NCBI GenBank assembly: GCA_050084985.1 | Contig: JBITNC010000002.1 | Location: 15,376,001-15,440,000, forward strand | Reading direction: 5' to 3' | Length of the DNA: 64,000 bases | DNA from: Nageia nagi | Taxonomy: Eukaryota > Plantae > Pinophyta | In this document: positions 40,581-53,681 of the stretch, one piece after another | Layout of the letters: the number at the start of each line of letters is the position of its first letter | Position numbering within the stretch: the first letter of the stretch is position 1 | Translations under genes and position numbers: made by a program | Notes under the pieces: generated by a model | What the model was told of the DNA's origin: nothing | Databases searched by the model: none | What the model saw: the letters and a program-made list of their open reading frames with translations, nothing else

Positions 40581-41090
40581 GATTTAATTTGGATCTTCAC
40601 ACTTTGTTCATTTTAATACTTGCAGAAATAAAAATTAATCACACAAAAATATTTACACATTTTTTACCCTGGTTCAATCGATGTGGTCTACATCTAGTAA
40701 ATAGAAATCCATTATTATAGGTACCCTTTTACAATGGCACTTGTATGATCTTTATACTTCATTCTTTTGCTAATCAAAGTTAAATCACATGATTACTAGA
40801 GGTCGCTATTGAATCTTTTTTTGGAAGATGACTCTCTTCTCATCAAAAGTCCTTGAGCATAGTTTGATGTCTCTTTTCCTGGGTCAACATCTTTAGAGCT
40901 ACCCTTCATCTTCTTCTTTCCATAATGGCAATTTTTTTGTCCACTTCTTTTTCCATGGAAATGATCTCATCCATGTTTTTTCTTTCTTCTTTAGGTCTTC
41001 CATGGCTATGATCTTATCTATGGTCTTCTTCTTTTTCACAAACACATTTTACATACAAAGTGTAACTCCTCCACACACTTGAAGTTTTTC
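40581..41090. repeat. ~500-bp LTR-like direct repeat, copy 1 (copy 2 at 43233-43735)
   Basis: Both begin gatttaatttggatcttcacactttgttcatttt and stay co-linear to ...cacattttacataca. Confidence 0.85.
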
Positions 41091-43232
41091 ACACACACAT
41101 TAACATGTTCTCCCATTTGGAGTAATCCCATTAATAGGAAAATTAACATTTTCTACTCTCCTAATATCCTTTTTTAATATTAAGGGTTTACATGTTTGGA
41201 GCATTCATGGTTACAAATTAATAATAACAAACTTACAATATATTCCTCTTGTACAATATGCTCTCTCACTATCTCTTTATTCTCCTCCAACAATATTCTC
41301 CTGTAGGCATTTTGTTAGAATTCAATTTCTATTTTCAAGTGTTCTTTTCTTCTAACTCCTATATTTAACAATATTCTTCATTATCAAATATAGTTTTAGT
41401 AACAATAAATTCCAAACACTTAAACTACTTCTAAAAATATTTTACGATAAATCATATCTTAAAGTACCTATTTTTACCTCAAATAAGGTAGCTCTTTTGT
41501 AAAGATGCCACTTAACACTTTGAAGACCAAATATGGAAACATATAGGTTTCATAAAAACTAAATCTCGAATGTGTTCTATTCTTTACTTGCGCTATCTTG
41601 CATATCATACATTTGTTTGGTGTGTTTATCCATGGTGGATGACGTGCTCCTCTATGAATCCTATGTCTCCCACCTTCGTATGAGCAATAGGCTATTATCA
41701 ATTTGAGATCTTTGTTGGTTCGTCTGACGGTAGGTCCAATGCATGTCATCCACCAGTTGATACTACATTTCCATATAACTGGTAATTTATTTTGCCATTC
41801 CAACATATCCCCTTGTATGTTTTTCCCCAAGCACTGTCATGTTTGATTGGTATTTGTCATTAGTTGTCAACTAGTGTGTGGACAATCTTAGGGCTTGGTG
41901 CGGGAAGCTATTAGTGCAGGTGATTGATATTTTCCAAGAATAGGTCATCGATCCTACATACAATCCCTCTTATCCTCCTTTAGGTTTCCATTTACATGTG
42001 GTTGGTGATAATACTAGGTTAGATGTTCATCCCCCTCTTACAGCTCCTTGTATGTGTTAGATTGGGCCACGATGGTGCATGGTAGCAAGGTTTTAACCTC
42101 CCTTTGACTTGCAATTCCACCTATTTATTTATTACAAGTGGTTGTACAATTTTGCAAGAGGCAGTTATGTCCCTTACACTCTTACCATCACCACTTCATT
42201 TTTATCCTATATAGATTTAACAAGAAGACTTTGGCTATCTCGCTCTTTCATTTGCCAATATTGTTCAAAGACGTATTGACCTTCCTTTTCAGCCATCTCA
42301 TAACTGACTAGGATGTTTCCCATGTTGAATTTTAAAATGATATTGAAGTATTTTTCAATCTTGGCATTTTAAATAAAATATTTTTTGAAAATAAATAAAT
42401 AATAATCTTTAATTAATATTTATTTAAAACTTCAAACCTTATATATTGTTTATTTTTGTCAGATTTTTGAACCATTGAAGGCATTAGAGAGATGGCGGAG
42501 AACATTTTATCTTGAAGAGAACAAATTATAAGTTTTGGGAACTTTTATTTTTATAACTCTGAAAACCATTACGGATCATTTGTCTCATTTTAGGGCTTTT
42601 GGTCTCACAAAAGCCTTATGATCAAAATAATGAGAAAATAATCCTCACATACAAATCCAGATCTACCGTTGCTTGGAATCACCTTCTTTATATTCATCTC
42701 TCCAAAATTAACAAAATAAGTAGAATCAAGTACAATAACTCTCCTGACTACTTAGTAGTAGCAACATGCAGTCTATTCTCAAATTGAATCACAATGCGAC
42801 TTAGGATCTACTTCTGAAATTTACTCATTAGTCTATGTTCGCTCAGCATCTTAGGTATGCCACATCGCATTCACAATGAATCAAGAGTAAGAGTATTTCA
42901 ATTCCAACACAACTTCCTTAGTCTTTACAATTATTGATAAGACATGCATTTCTTCCCACCAGAATTCATGTTGAGATAATACAATGGTGGAATGATTTCA
43001 TCAAATGATAATGAAAAATTGTTGACTTCAAAAGTGAAAATTTACCTCAACCTTTGAGGCTTCCAAATCATGAATCCAATTTCTTCTATAAGATGAAGTT
43101 CTCTTGACTTTGAAGTAGGTACAACTTTGAACTTCCTAAACAAATCACTCATTCCATTTTCCAAACAAGCTCCATCAATTCCTAGTAAAAGAAATTCTCT
43201 AATACCAACTTTATTCGTAAACCCTACTACAT

Positions 43233-43735
43233 GATTTAATTTGGATCTTCACACTTTGTTCATTTTAGTACTTACAAAAATAAAAATCAATCACATAAAA
43301 AATTGACACGATTTTTATTCGAGTTCCACCAATATCGACTACATATAGCAAATAACAATCCATTATTGTAGGTACTCTTTTAAAATGTGACTTGTATGAT
43401 CTTTAAAATTCATTATTTTTCTTGTCGAAGTCGAATCACATGATCACTACAGGCCACTGCTAAATCTCTTTTCAGAATATGACTCTCTTCTCATCAAAAT
43501 TCCTTGATCATAGCTTCATGTCTCTTCTCTTAGGTTGACATATTTAGAACTAGTCTTTGTCTTCTTCTTTCCATCATGGCAATTTCATCATCCACTTATT
43601 TCTCCATGGAAATGATCTCTTCCATGGCTTTTGTTTTTGGTTAACCTTCCATGGCTATGATCTTATCCATGGTCTTCTTCTTTTTCACAAACACATTTTA
43701 CATACATAGTCTAACTCTCACACATCAAGATTTTT
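43233..43735. repeat. ~500-bp LTR-like direct repeat, copy 2
   Basis: Diverged co-linear match to 40581-41090. Confidence 0.85.
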
Positions 43736-45387
43736 CATAAGGATAATTTGGCTATACAAAAATTGGAGAAATTTGTCTATCAAACTTTTATTAAAGGTTA
43801 AAGTGGTCAAAAATGATTTCTAAATGATGGCTAAATTGTTTAATTTTGAATTTTTTTTTTAATAAAAAGCTATTACATAAGTTTAAAAAACAAATCATGT
43901 AAAAAAATGGCTAAACATAAATCACCAAATAAACTTTCAAGTTTCCAATTTATGTAAGAAGTAAAAACACTACACTTCCTTTTTTCTAGGTACAATTGAA
44001 TTATTCTCCATGGGACTACTGCAATATTCTCTATTCTAGGTCATGTAGAATCAAATTCAAAACTTGGCCTCCCATTCATTATGTATACTCCTAGAATCAT
44101 GTTCATTTATTATGTTAAGGTCTTTGGATTTGTACATAAGTTTTCAAAAGCATATTGCACTTTCATCATGAAAGAATCTCATATAATGGAGGAATATATA
44201 TCTTTGAAAGCAAACATATATTTTTCAAAATAAAATTATATCACATTTAATAAAATAACCTGTAAATTTATTAGGACCAACATCAAATTTTTATTATAAT
44301 TTATAACTATTATCTTTTTCATTAATATTTAGTATAGGAATATTGATGAATTTTAATTTATAAATAAAGCAATAGTATTATAGTAGGGGGTACCATGTGC
44401 TACACCATTCACTGCATGATTAGGAAATACCATGATTGTTTACTACCCTATCCCACTGTAAGGGAGTGATGCATAGGTGGTTTACAAACCAAAACCAAAA
44501 CCACTAGTCAAAATCATGCCATACACCTAATGATGTGGAATTTCCCTTCAACACACTATACTATAATCTCTTATGTTATCTTGTCTTTCAAAATCAATAT
44601 GAATACCAATTCCTCATCTCTACATTTACACTTTACCCTCTTCAATTCTTCTCTACTCACTCCCTCTTTTTCTCTACACTTGAAAGTAAGCCTTTCATTG
44701 TTGACTCATCACTAGCAAGATTGTCTCTTACAATTTTGATTATAGAAGAATGTGACTCATTTTTGTTGATATCATATGAATGGGACATAAATTGTAGTTA
44801 GAAACTCTTCTGGATTCTACAAATTCTAAGTCAATAATTGTAGTTGAAGATATTGATTGTTGGGGTAGCATTACCCAGATTGATCGAATCGAACTCACAA
44901 TGTGATTCAAGATCAACTTCTTGAATTTAGTCATTAGCATGAATTTGCTTGGTATCTTAGGTACATCACTTAGCATTCAAAGTGAATTAAGAGCAAATAT
45001 AGAATCTAATTCCAAGGAATTGACATGTAAGGGTGGTTTCATCAAAAAGAGAAAAATAAAGGCATATACAAATATTACAAATATTTGTAATAAATAGATA
45101 GAGATTAATAACAAACCTAAATAGATACATTCCTTTATTCAAAAATACAAAAGATATTCTAAATATAAATATTATTTGTTTTTCATATTTTACAAATACA
45201 AATTTCATTTTTTTAATTTATTATATATATTGTATGAATGCTAACTATACTATTAAATAAAGAAGTTTTACAAACAAAAGTGGGTGAGAGTTAGACTGAC
45301 CACTAAGGGTGATATATATAGTCCATTTCAACATGTCCAAGGCCTAAAAACTAATAGCTAAACAAAAATAAAATGGTTTTGAGTTGC

Positions 45388-45950
45388 AGGTGCATGCAAG
45401 AAGTTGGGTCCACTTTATAGCAAAAAAGTGGAAGTGTTTTCCTTGATTTTCATGTTTGGGCATGATTGATCTCAAAATTTGAAGCACTTAGAAATGGAAT
45501 CATGAAAAAGTCATTAAAGTAAAAATGTAGTTCTTTGAGTCTAATTTTCAAATATGTAATTTATTCTAATACCTATATGATAAAAACAATTTGACAGGGA
45601 TAAAAAAAATGACTTTTAAATTATCTTATTTTAGGACCATACCATGCATATTTTTGGAAAGCATAATTTTACCTAAATCAAAGTATTTTTTAAAATTCTT
45701 TTGGGAAAAGGTACCTGAGAATGTGAAGCTTTTCTTAGATATTTTTCCATAATTTTTTTATGAGTATTTTGTTTATTAATTTTCTATTGGTCATGTTTGC
45801 TATTTTGAAAAGTGATCCATTTTGGCATACATAATTTGATGTATAGTTATTCACTTTTTAAAATTTATTTTTATCTTATAGAGAATTCTTTGCAGCTTGT
45901 CCCCATATAAGGTTTTTTTAGATATCCTAAAAAATAAAAAACTTTTTTAC
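45388..45950. mobile_element. Diverged, inverted relative of the 30448-31408 MITE
   Basis: aaaaagtggaagtgtttt...aaaatttgaagcacttaga is the reverse complement of ~31300-31372. Confidence 0.65.
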
Positions 45951-46467
45951 AAAAAAAGGATATCCTCATATTACAAGTATAAGGATGAGTTTCACCAAAA
46001 ATTAATGGAAAAATATAAAAGCTAATCCAATTATAAAAAAATTGCATATTTGAAATTTGCACTCTCTAATCTATAATGGGTTTTAATTTCATAAAAAAAA
46101 TCTTCCAAAAACTCCATCAAACATATGCTTGAAGTTGAGATTTTCCATGAACACATACTTATAGGTCCAAGGCTAAGGGTTGGCTCACCAAGCCTTTTCC
46201 AAACCTAAAACCATGTTGGAATTGGAGATTCAAATATTAGGATCTTGATATATATCAGGATCCTAATATTTAATGCTAAGGAAATACATGCATTGTATTT
46301 TCAAATATCAGGATCTTGATTTAAAATCAAGATCTTGATATTTATTATGATCTCAAACCTAAATTGGGATCTTGATTTTTCTAACATTGAGTTTTAACTT
46401 TGCCCACTTCCTCTCTAAGTGGAATCAACTTCTTACTTTCACCCTTGCATCACATATCAGTATTGGA

Positions 46468-46747
46468 TGTATCATGTGGGATACCTTTTAGTTTTGTCCA
46501 TTCATTGGGAGGAAGAGGAATATGCCAACCATCACTCTCATTGAATATATCTATACCTTCTATATAGGGTCATCATTTTCACCTTCCATATCATAATTAA
46601 TAAAAGGTATTGAAGTCTCTAGAAACATGTCCTAACCTTAAAATTATGTTAATGTAGAAGTACCTTGGTCATTAATGTGATTACTAACTAGGTAAGGTTG
46701 AGACTAGTATCGATTATATGATTCATTTCCCACACACAAGGGAGGCT
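46468..46747. repeat. ~280-bp dispersed repeat upstream of GASA; second copy at 52077-52346
   Basis: tgtatcatgt.g..tacctttt(a)gtttt.tccattcatt ... gactagtatcgatta ... aagggaggctt is present in both, in direct orientation. Confidence 0.85.
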
Positions 46748-47639
46748 TCCTTGTGGATCATAATCTCTAAAAAGGTCTAGAATTCCCTTATAAACAAGTC
46801 TATAGAGGGACCCTATTGATAGTGTACATCATATTTCCCTAATAGTCAATCAATACTCTCAAATGATTAAGCTCTATGGTAACTTCTTACATTTTATTTG
46901 ATGTTTGGAACTAATAATTAAAATAATATTAGATATTTAATGGTAAATAAAAAATAAATAGAAGACTAATCCTCTACAATATGGGTAGAAATATCTAATA
47001 AAAATCTATTATACGATGAAGATATGAGTAAAATACCTTCCTCTAAAAGGCTCGATATAATGTTGTTGATAAGAACAAATTTAGGGTGTCCAAAACTCCA
47101 ACGGTAGTATCTTCTTGATACCCTCAACACTCAAGAAACAAGCTCGCTATCTCTTAACGAGAATTCTCATACCCAACACAAGCATAAAATTTTACAATTT
47201 CTTATGCATGTACTAGCATAACACTATTTTTCAAAAGCATACAACCTTTCCTATGCAATACCTTCTACAAGGTTGCCTAAACTTTGAACTCTCTTGGGAA
47301 CTCTTTGTTCCCATAATTGTACTTCCTCTCTCAAGAATGATTCATTAACTATTTCCTTTCTTAAGTATACTTTAATAAATTACAAGGAGAAAAAGATTAC
47401 AAAAATATATGGTAACTATAATAATCTTTTTCAAAAAGTTAATTACCTTCTCCAACTTTTCCATCTATCTTCATTTTCAATTTGGTATAAATTATTTTTC
47501 AAGAGGTTTGGTTTAACAATATGCTTATTTTATTATTCAAATACATTAAACTTTATCTATGGAAAATATATGATAAGAATACATAGGCAACATTAAGACC
47601 TACTCACAAGACAATAACTAAAGCATATAACAATACCTA

Positions 47640-48100
47640 AATCCTTGTAATAGGATGAATCTATTTAAATCATGCCATATGGAAGTCAAAAGATAAGAAA
47701 CAAAGTGGTTCAATATGGTAGACAAATTCTAAGGTTCCCTCTCCTACATGATTTCCAATACATGCGTAGGACATATTCTAAAATCTACCCACACTAGGAC
47801 CTTCAAAGATGCAACATTATTAACTGAGAAATCTCTATTTCAAGGTTGGAAAAGGAGCATAGTTTGGTGAACATAACTAGGCCCTTTACTCAACACCTTT
47901 TGCACATGTTCAAGGGATGCAAAATGAAAATGGAAAAAAAAATTGGGGAAGTTTAGACAACTTTAACCTGAATATCATAGAGACGTTACTAATAGTCTAT
48001 CCAGGTCCTAAGAACAAGATTAGGTGGGATATAGCCCATGAAATACCCAAGGAGGGTATTTTCTTAAGCCATAAACAAGCCTGATTGAACTCAAGCACTG
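47640..48100 (-). mobile_element. L1-type LINE ORF1 remnant (DUF4283-like)
   Basis: FFFHFHFASLEHVQKVLSKGPSYVHQTMLLFQP*NRDF....SLKVLVWVDF, matching the F.F....V...GPW......L..W...F......PVWV pattern. Confidence 0.7.
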
Positions 48101-49035
48101 GAACAACAAATTCATGTTTAGACATACCTCAGCGAACACCTTAGAGATAAATTTCCGTGGCTTCTTTTTTGTAGAGGAAACCATTTCTCTCGCCAAAGCT
48201 TCAGATGAAGTTGTGGAAGGAGAGGATGATATTAAAAAGCATCTATGAAGATTGCACTAAATGCTATCCCTCACACTAAACTAAGGGTAGCAGTATAACA
48301 CAAAAGGGAAAACCCTATACTCTCATGCATTGAAAGCTAGACACTTTATAGTTTTTCACTAACACGACCCCACTTTCAAAGATTCAAAAAGAACTTACAA
48401 CAATATTGTTTTAGAATAGTACCTTTTTTTAAAGACGATTTAAAACAACATACTCAACTTTAATAAAAACTAACGATGATTATTATCTGCAATCAATCAT
48501 TTTTAAACTTGTAGGAAACAAGGAGCTTAGTAAATCAATACACTCTGTTAATTAATCAAGTTCCGTGAACAGACTTTCCAACAATACAATATATAAATGA
48601 TTTTTTTTAAACTAAGTATAATAGTCAAACTGGATGACGAACAAGTCCGAAAAAAATGCCACTAAAAAACTCACGATTGTTCGCAGGACGCAACCACTCA
48701 CAGTCGTGGGGTAACAATAATCACAGACGTTACCTATTAACATTAATCTCATTTCCTAATCTGGAAGCTTCGTCTAATATGGTGACTAAGGAAGGCACTC
48801 TTGGGGACAGTCTTGCCTTGGCCAGTTAATACTTACCAAGTCATTAAACAATAATGAACAAGTCAAACGGGATGATGAACAAGTCCCAAAAGAATACTAC
48901 TAATATTAAACAAGAACAAAAAACACCAATACCCAGCCACAACCCATTAGCTATTAAATCAATAAAAAAAACTGCCCTTCTCTCCTCTAACACCATCCCG
49001 GCCTGCAACAATACTTTGACTCTCCTCTTAATCTC

Positions 49036-49043
49036 TATAAATA
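49036..49043 (+). promoter_or_regulatory. TATA box of the GASA gene
   Basis: ctc-TATAAATA-ccc about 100 bp upstream of the ATG. Confidence 0.75.
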
Positions 49044-49138
49044 CCCAAACCTCGTAAGGATCCCTCCACAACACAAACCAGAAAGGAAGCCAAATCTGGA
49101 GCTATTCATCAAGATAAGTGATTTTTTCACTTTTTGCA

Positions 49139-49589
49139 ATGGAGACGAGGAGCAAATTATTTGCATGCGTTATGCTGGCTTTCTTGCTTGCTGTATTATT
49201 ACAGGTCTGTTTCCCTGGTGCTTGTTTTCATATAAAATACATTCATACTAGCAAACTAACGTTTTCTTGTAACAGACGGTAACGAGCACAGCCCCGGTAG
49301 GAGCACCGTCGACACTGTCAAAAATAGGTAAAGTATTAGCTACATATGGTATTATTACGGGGTTTATGTAAAAGACCTGAAGATATTGTTTGGGTCGAGA
49401 TTTGCAGACTGTAGTGGGAAATGTAAGCACAGGTGCGAGAAAGCAGAACATCCGCACAGATGTTTCAAACGCTGCCATCATTGCTGCAGGGAGTGCAAAT
49501 GCGTACCAAGCGGGCAATCGGGGAACAACGATGATTGCCCATGCTACAGAGACAAACGCGGTCACCACGGAAATCCCAAATGCCCTTAA
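49139..49589 (+). CDS. GASA: Snakin/GASA (gibberellin-regulated) secreted cysteine-rich peptide, 99 aa; exons 49139-49204, 49276-49327, 49408-49589
   Basis: GT-AG introns join in frame (66+52+182=300 nt): METRSKLFACVMLAFLLAVLLQ-TVTSTAPVGAPSTLSKI-DCSGKCKHRCEKAEHPHRCFKRCHHCCRECKCVPSGQSGNNDDCPCYRDKRGHHGNPKCP*; signal peptide, 12 Cys in GASA spacing, terminal KCP. Confidence 0.96.
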
Positions 49590-50172
49590 TCACCATGTCG
49601 TTCCTCTTTCCTTTGATTCGCTATGGGAGTCCTTTGATAATCTCTAGAGGATAAATGCAGTCTTTCCAACAAGAATAGTATCTATTAGGGGTGACAAGAT
49701 ATTTTGGAGTTTATATAGTCTACCATAAAGCATTGTAGAATAATACAATTTCTTCGAAGTGCAGCTCTCATGTGAACTTCACTGGAAACTGCAGTTTCCA
49801 ATGCTTTATAATATTAAATTTTAATAATTAATAGTTTACCATTTTTTCTGAGGAGAGATAAGTCGATGTGAAGTACTTCAGGGCGAGCAGATGTGTTCTC
49901 TTGAGATACATGAAATGAAATGACTTGGGTGTCTACGTTTCACACAAATCAATCATTAATAAAAATAAATCAGTCTACAAATATCGCAAATTCGTATGGA
50001 CATGGGAGAAACAGTTACACGTGAAGCTCCCTTCAACGTGGCTAACCAACATGCCAATCTCGCTTGCGGGCGGGTGTTTAATAGACTTGTGGTTTCCTTG
50101 TATAAAGTGGAGGTCGTAAACATGTTATACTATAAGAAAAACTATTAAAATGGTTTTAATAAATGATCTATT

Positions 50173-51070
50173 TGTTAGGATTTACCTTTATGGATAAATA
50201 TGTGAGTAATTTAAGAATAATAGATATAAAAAATATCTAAATAAATAAAAAACATTTAGTATTTTACAAGGTTCAGTTAATGTGTTGAGTTATATCTTCG
50301 GAGAAACATCATCTTAGTAATTCCATTATTTCGAAAATTTCATTGGTTCCTGTTGGAACACCCTCTCTTTATTTCTGCTTGTCACACATGATTTTCTCCT
50401 CACCCATATCACCATGCAATCTCCATCAAAGATTTAGTTTATCATGCTATTATCCATAATCATCAATATGCCACATTGAGTCGTTGTGGAATCCTCCAAG
50501 CACCTCTCTATACTGCAACTAGAGAATTACATTCTCAAGCTTACAACTAAATTACATCAATGAGAATGCCTCTTGAACATTCTCCAAAGCATTATCACCT
50601 TTTTTATGCTATTTCGACGTTCCTAGAGCTCTACAGTTTGCCTTCTAGCATTAAGATGCAACCTCACATGCGTAACAACAACAATTTATACAAGGTAATA
50701 ACACAAAGAAACAAATATTGGTTCTAATAAATATTCAATAATTATTTCCAAATCAAACACCCTCCAAGCAAATCATATCTCCAACATGCAAATGGTTACC
50801 AGGTTATTGTCATCATCTCCAAGCATCATGAGTTCTTCTTTGGTTTACAAGACTCCACTCTATCCCTAATACGCTACCACATTGACCAAATCCATGTTTT
50901 CTCATCGTCATTTTGGGTAATGTTATGACCAACACCTTTAAATAACTTCACCCAGATCATATGAAAATGGCACAATATAATCTCAGCTAGGTACATTATG
51001 CAATAGTCAAATGCCTTCATTCTATTCATGGCATGGAAACATTCATGTAAATCGGGGCTCCACCCCAACA
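50173..51070 (-). mobile_element. Copia-like LTR (~50173-50759) plus short internal remnant
   Basis: tgttagga... to ...caaaca followed by ccctcc (PPT-like on -); tttacaaggttc and ccattatt motifs of a reverse-oriented LTR. Confidence 0.45.
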
Positions 51071-51117
51071 TATTTATAGAAATGGTTTTTATAAATTTTT
51101 ATTTACAAAAATGATTA

Positions 51118-51530
51118 TGTAGTATTGTTAGGTCATTTTTGTGGGTCTTTACTAGAAGTTGTCATCAAGTTTCTGTCATTTGCATATATAAACTCATTAA
51201 GAAGGTTATTAAGGTTTGAAAACTCAACCACAAATGTTGTGCTATATCAAAATTCCCTTACCACCTACCTTGTAATCCTTTTCCTCCACAACATTATATT
51301 TTATGTGTATATCAATAAAAAATAAGACCTTTTTTCATATATGCATATGCTTTACATCTTTAGCACCAACTTTATACATATAGGCACAAATTTTATGTAT
51401 ATCTACATAAACTTCATGTATATAAGTACATATTATATATATATACACAAAAAAAGTTTTTAAATAAAGAGGTGGAGACTTGATGGCACCTTCTAGTGGG
51501 GATCCACAAAACGACCCTAACAAAACTACA
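51118..51530. mobile_element. MITE-like element with ~57-bp imperfect TIRs
   Basis: tgtagtattgttaggtcatttttgtgggtctttactagaagttgtcatcaagtttct vs reverse complement of the right end, tgtagttttgttagggtcgttttgtggatccccactagaaggtgccatcaagtctcc. Confidence 0.75.
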
Positions 51531-52346
51531 ACATCATCTTTGTAACTAAAGCTTTCTTTGGCCATTTAAGTAAATAGGTTATTTGTTAAGCAAATTTTAG
51601 TAATTTTCCTAATAATATATTACCAAATCATTTTATTATTAAAAATATTTGATTAATTTAAGAAGAGATAAAATTAATTCAAATTTATTTAAATCTATTA
51701 TATTATTAAAAAGTTATTTGTTTGGATAAAATTTGGAAGTATTATTTAAAATTATCTAAAAAATTAATCATTTTATTTTATATGTAATATATACATTATT
51801 AAGTATATCATATATAGGTGATTAGTATTATACATTAGAAAGAAATGTTATCATAATTGAAAAATCATATAATATTATAGAAGTATTATAAATGAGCATA
51901 GATCTTATTTTATAACTATTTGAAATGTGTGAAAATTCATTAAATCAACGATTGTTGATAGTTCATAGATTCATTGATATATATATAAAATTATTTTCAA
52001 CATGCTCAAGGCCTAGCAACTAGTAGCTAACCAAAAATATTATGGTTTAATGTTTCATCACATGTAAGTATTAGTTGTATCATGTTGGCTACCTTTTAGT
52101 TTTATCCATTCATTTGGAGGAATTAGAATATGCTAATTATCAATCTCATTGAATGCATCTATAGACCATATAGGGCCATCATTTCCACCTTCTGTATCAT
52201 AATTAATAAAAGGTATTGAAGCTTCTGGACACATATCCTAACCTTAAAATTACCTTAATGAGGAAGCACCTTGATCATTAATGTGCTTATGAACTAGGGA
52301 AGGTTAAGACTAGTATCGATTAATTTCTCACATAGAAGGGAGGCTT

Positions 52347-53680
52347 TGTGATGTCCCCCTTGTCCATTACTTTATTCATGTACTTGTATTTATATTATTG
52401 TAGCTTAGGATAGGAGACTTAATGGGTTAAAGGCCCTCACTATAAGCCCCAAGTGGGATGTCTCCCTCTTAAGTCATAGATTAGGTATTTATTGTATTGG
52501 AGATCCCAAATTGTAGGAATCCTAAGGTGTATTTATTCATTAGAATGATGGATGATCACTTTCATGCTATCACCACACTAGGGAGGGTCCCACACCCCAC
52601 ATTGGTACTTTAAGTGATTATGACCCCCATGTTGGCACTTTAAGTGATTAGGCCCCCCAAAGTTCAATGTTGAATTAGATGGGCTTGGGATGACTCCTAG
52701 GTAAGATGTGGACATGTGATAATGTATAAATAGATACTTGTTTATTATTACTTCTATTACAATCCTTCAAACATAATTTCTAGCGGTGCTAAGTAACTCT
52801 TCCTAGGTAGAGCATCTAGAGGGCATTCAGGCTGAGGGATTTTTTCTATCTACGGTATTGGTGAAGCACCTTTTCCCATTTGATGGAATTTCAAGGGTTT
52901 GGTTCTACCTTAAGTGGTTATCTAGGGTTTAAGGAGGGCTCCTTTGGTGGAGAGGATTTGAAGTGTGAGAGAGCAGATCTAACCCATGGTTCTGTAGTTC
53001 ATTTGGTATTAGAGATACTTGGTATTATGTCCTAGTTAGCTCTTTGGAGGTCAATGAATGCCCCTAAGGGCTTTGTATTGTATTATTTTCATTCATATCA
53101 TTTGTATATATCCAAAGGGAATTGGATCTCATTTATGTTGTGTGTTTCATACTAGTGTATGTGTTGGATTATTTATGCTTAATTATGCATGTATGGGACA
53201 AATGTTGGCAATCTAATTTTGTATTCATTATTATATGCTTGTAACTATTGGGTGTTGGCATAATGATGAATTATTGATTGGATATTTATTATTATATTAA
53301 AAATTTGGCATTTATATGGTTTGGATATTTAATATTAATGCCCTAACCCTAACATTGCATATCAAAGGATGTGTTGGCTTGTGTTTTATGTCCTAGACCT
53401 GACCTAAAGGTTTGATGATCAAGAATGACTAGTTTATGGTAGAATTTAATTTTTGAATCATCACAAGTGGTATCAAAGCTTGGATTTAGACAACCTATGT
53501 ATGAGACTCAAAATCCATCATTATTACACTAGGTCCAACAGGAGAGAGATGACATCTGCTAGGAAAAGCAAAAGATCCCACACAAAGGAGACATCAAAGA
53601 GAGTCATTCAAGAGGAGGAAAGATGGCCATGGATGAATGAACCACCATAGGAGAGAGTTTTTGGTGATGAGAGGGAGGCA
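52347..53680 (+). mobile_element. LTR retrotransposon 5' end (probably Gypsy): LTR 52347-53465, tRNA-Met PBS 53468-53479, start of gag
   Basis: LTR termini tgtgatg...catcaca; PBS tggtatcaaagc; ORF start MTSARKSKRS... cut off at ~53681. Confidence 0.85.
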
Positions 53681-53681
53681 T

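Noticed and set aside
49386-49589. ORF-track 67-aa protein starting MFGSRFA
   Set aside because: Its start lies in intron 2; the true exon begins at 49408 after tttgcag
49248-49647. Overlapping ORFs 49248-49568 (-) and 49390-49647 (+)
   Set aside because: Shadow frames of the GC-richer GASA exons with no recognisable motifs
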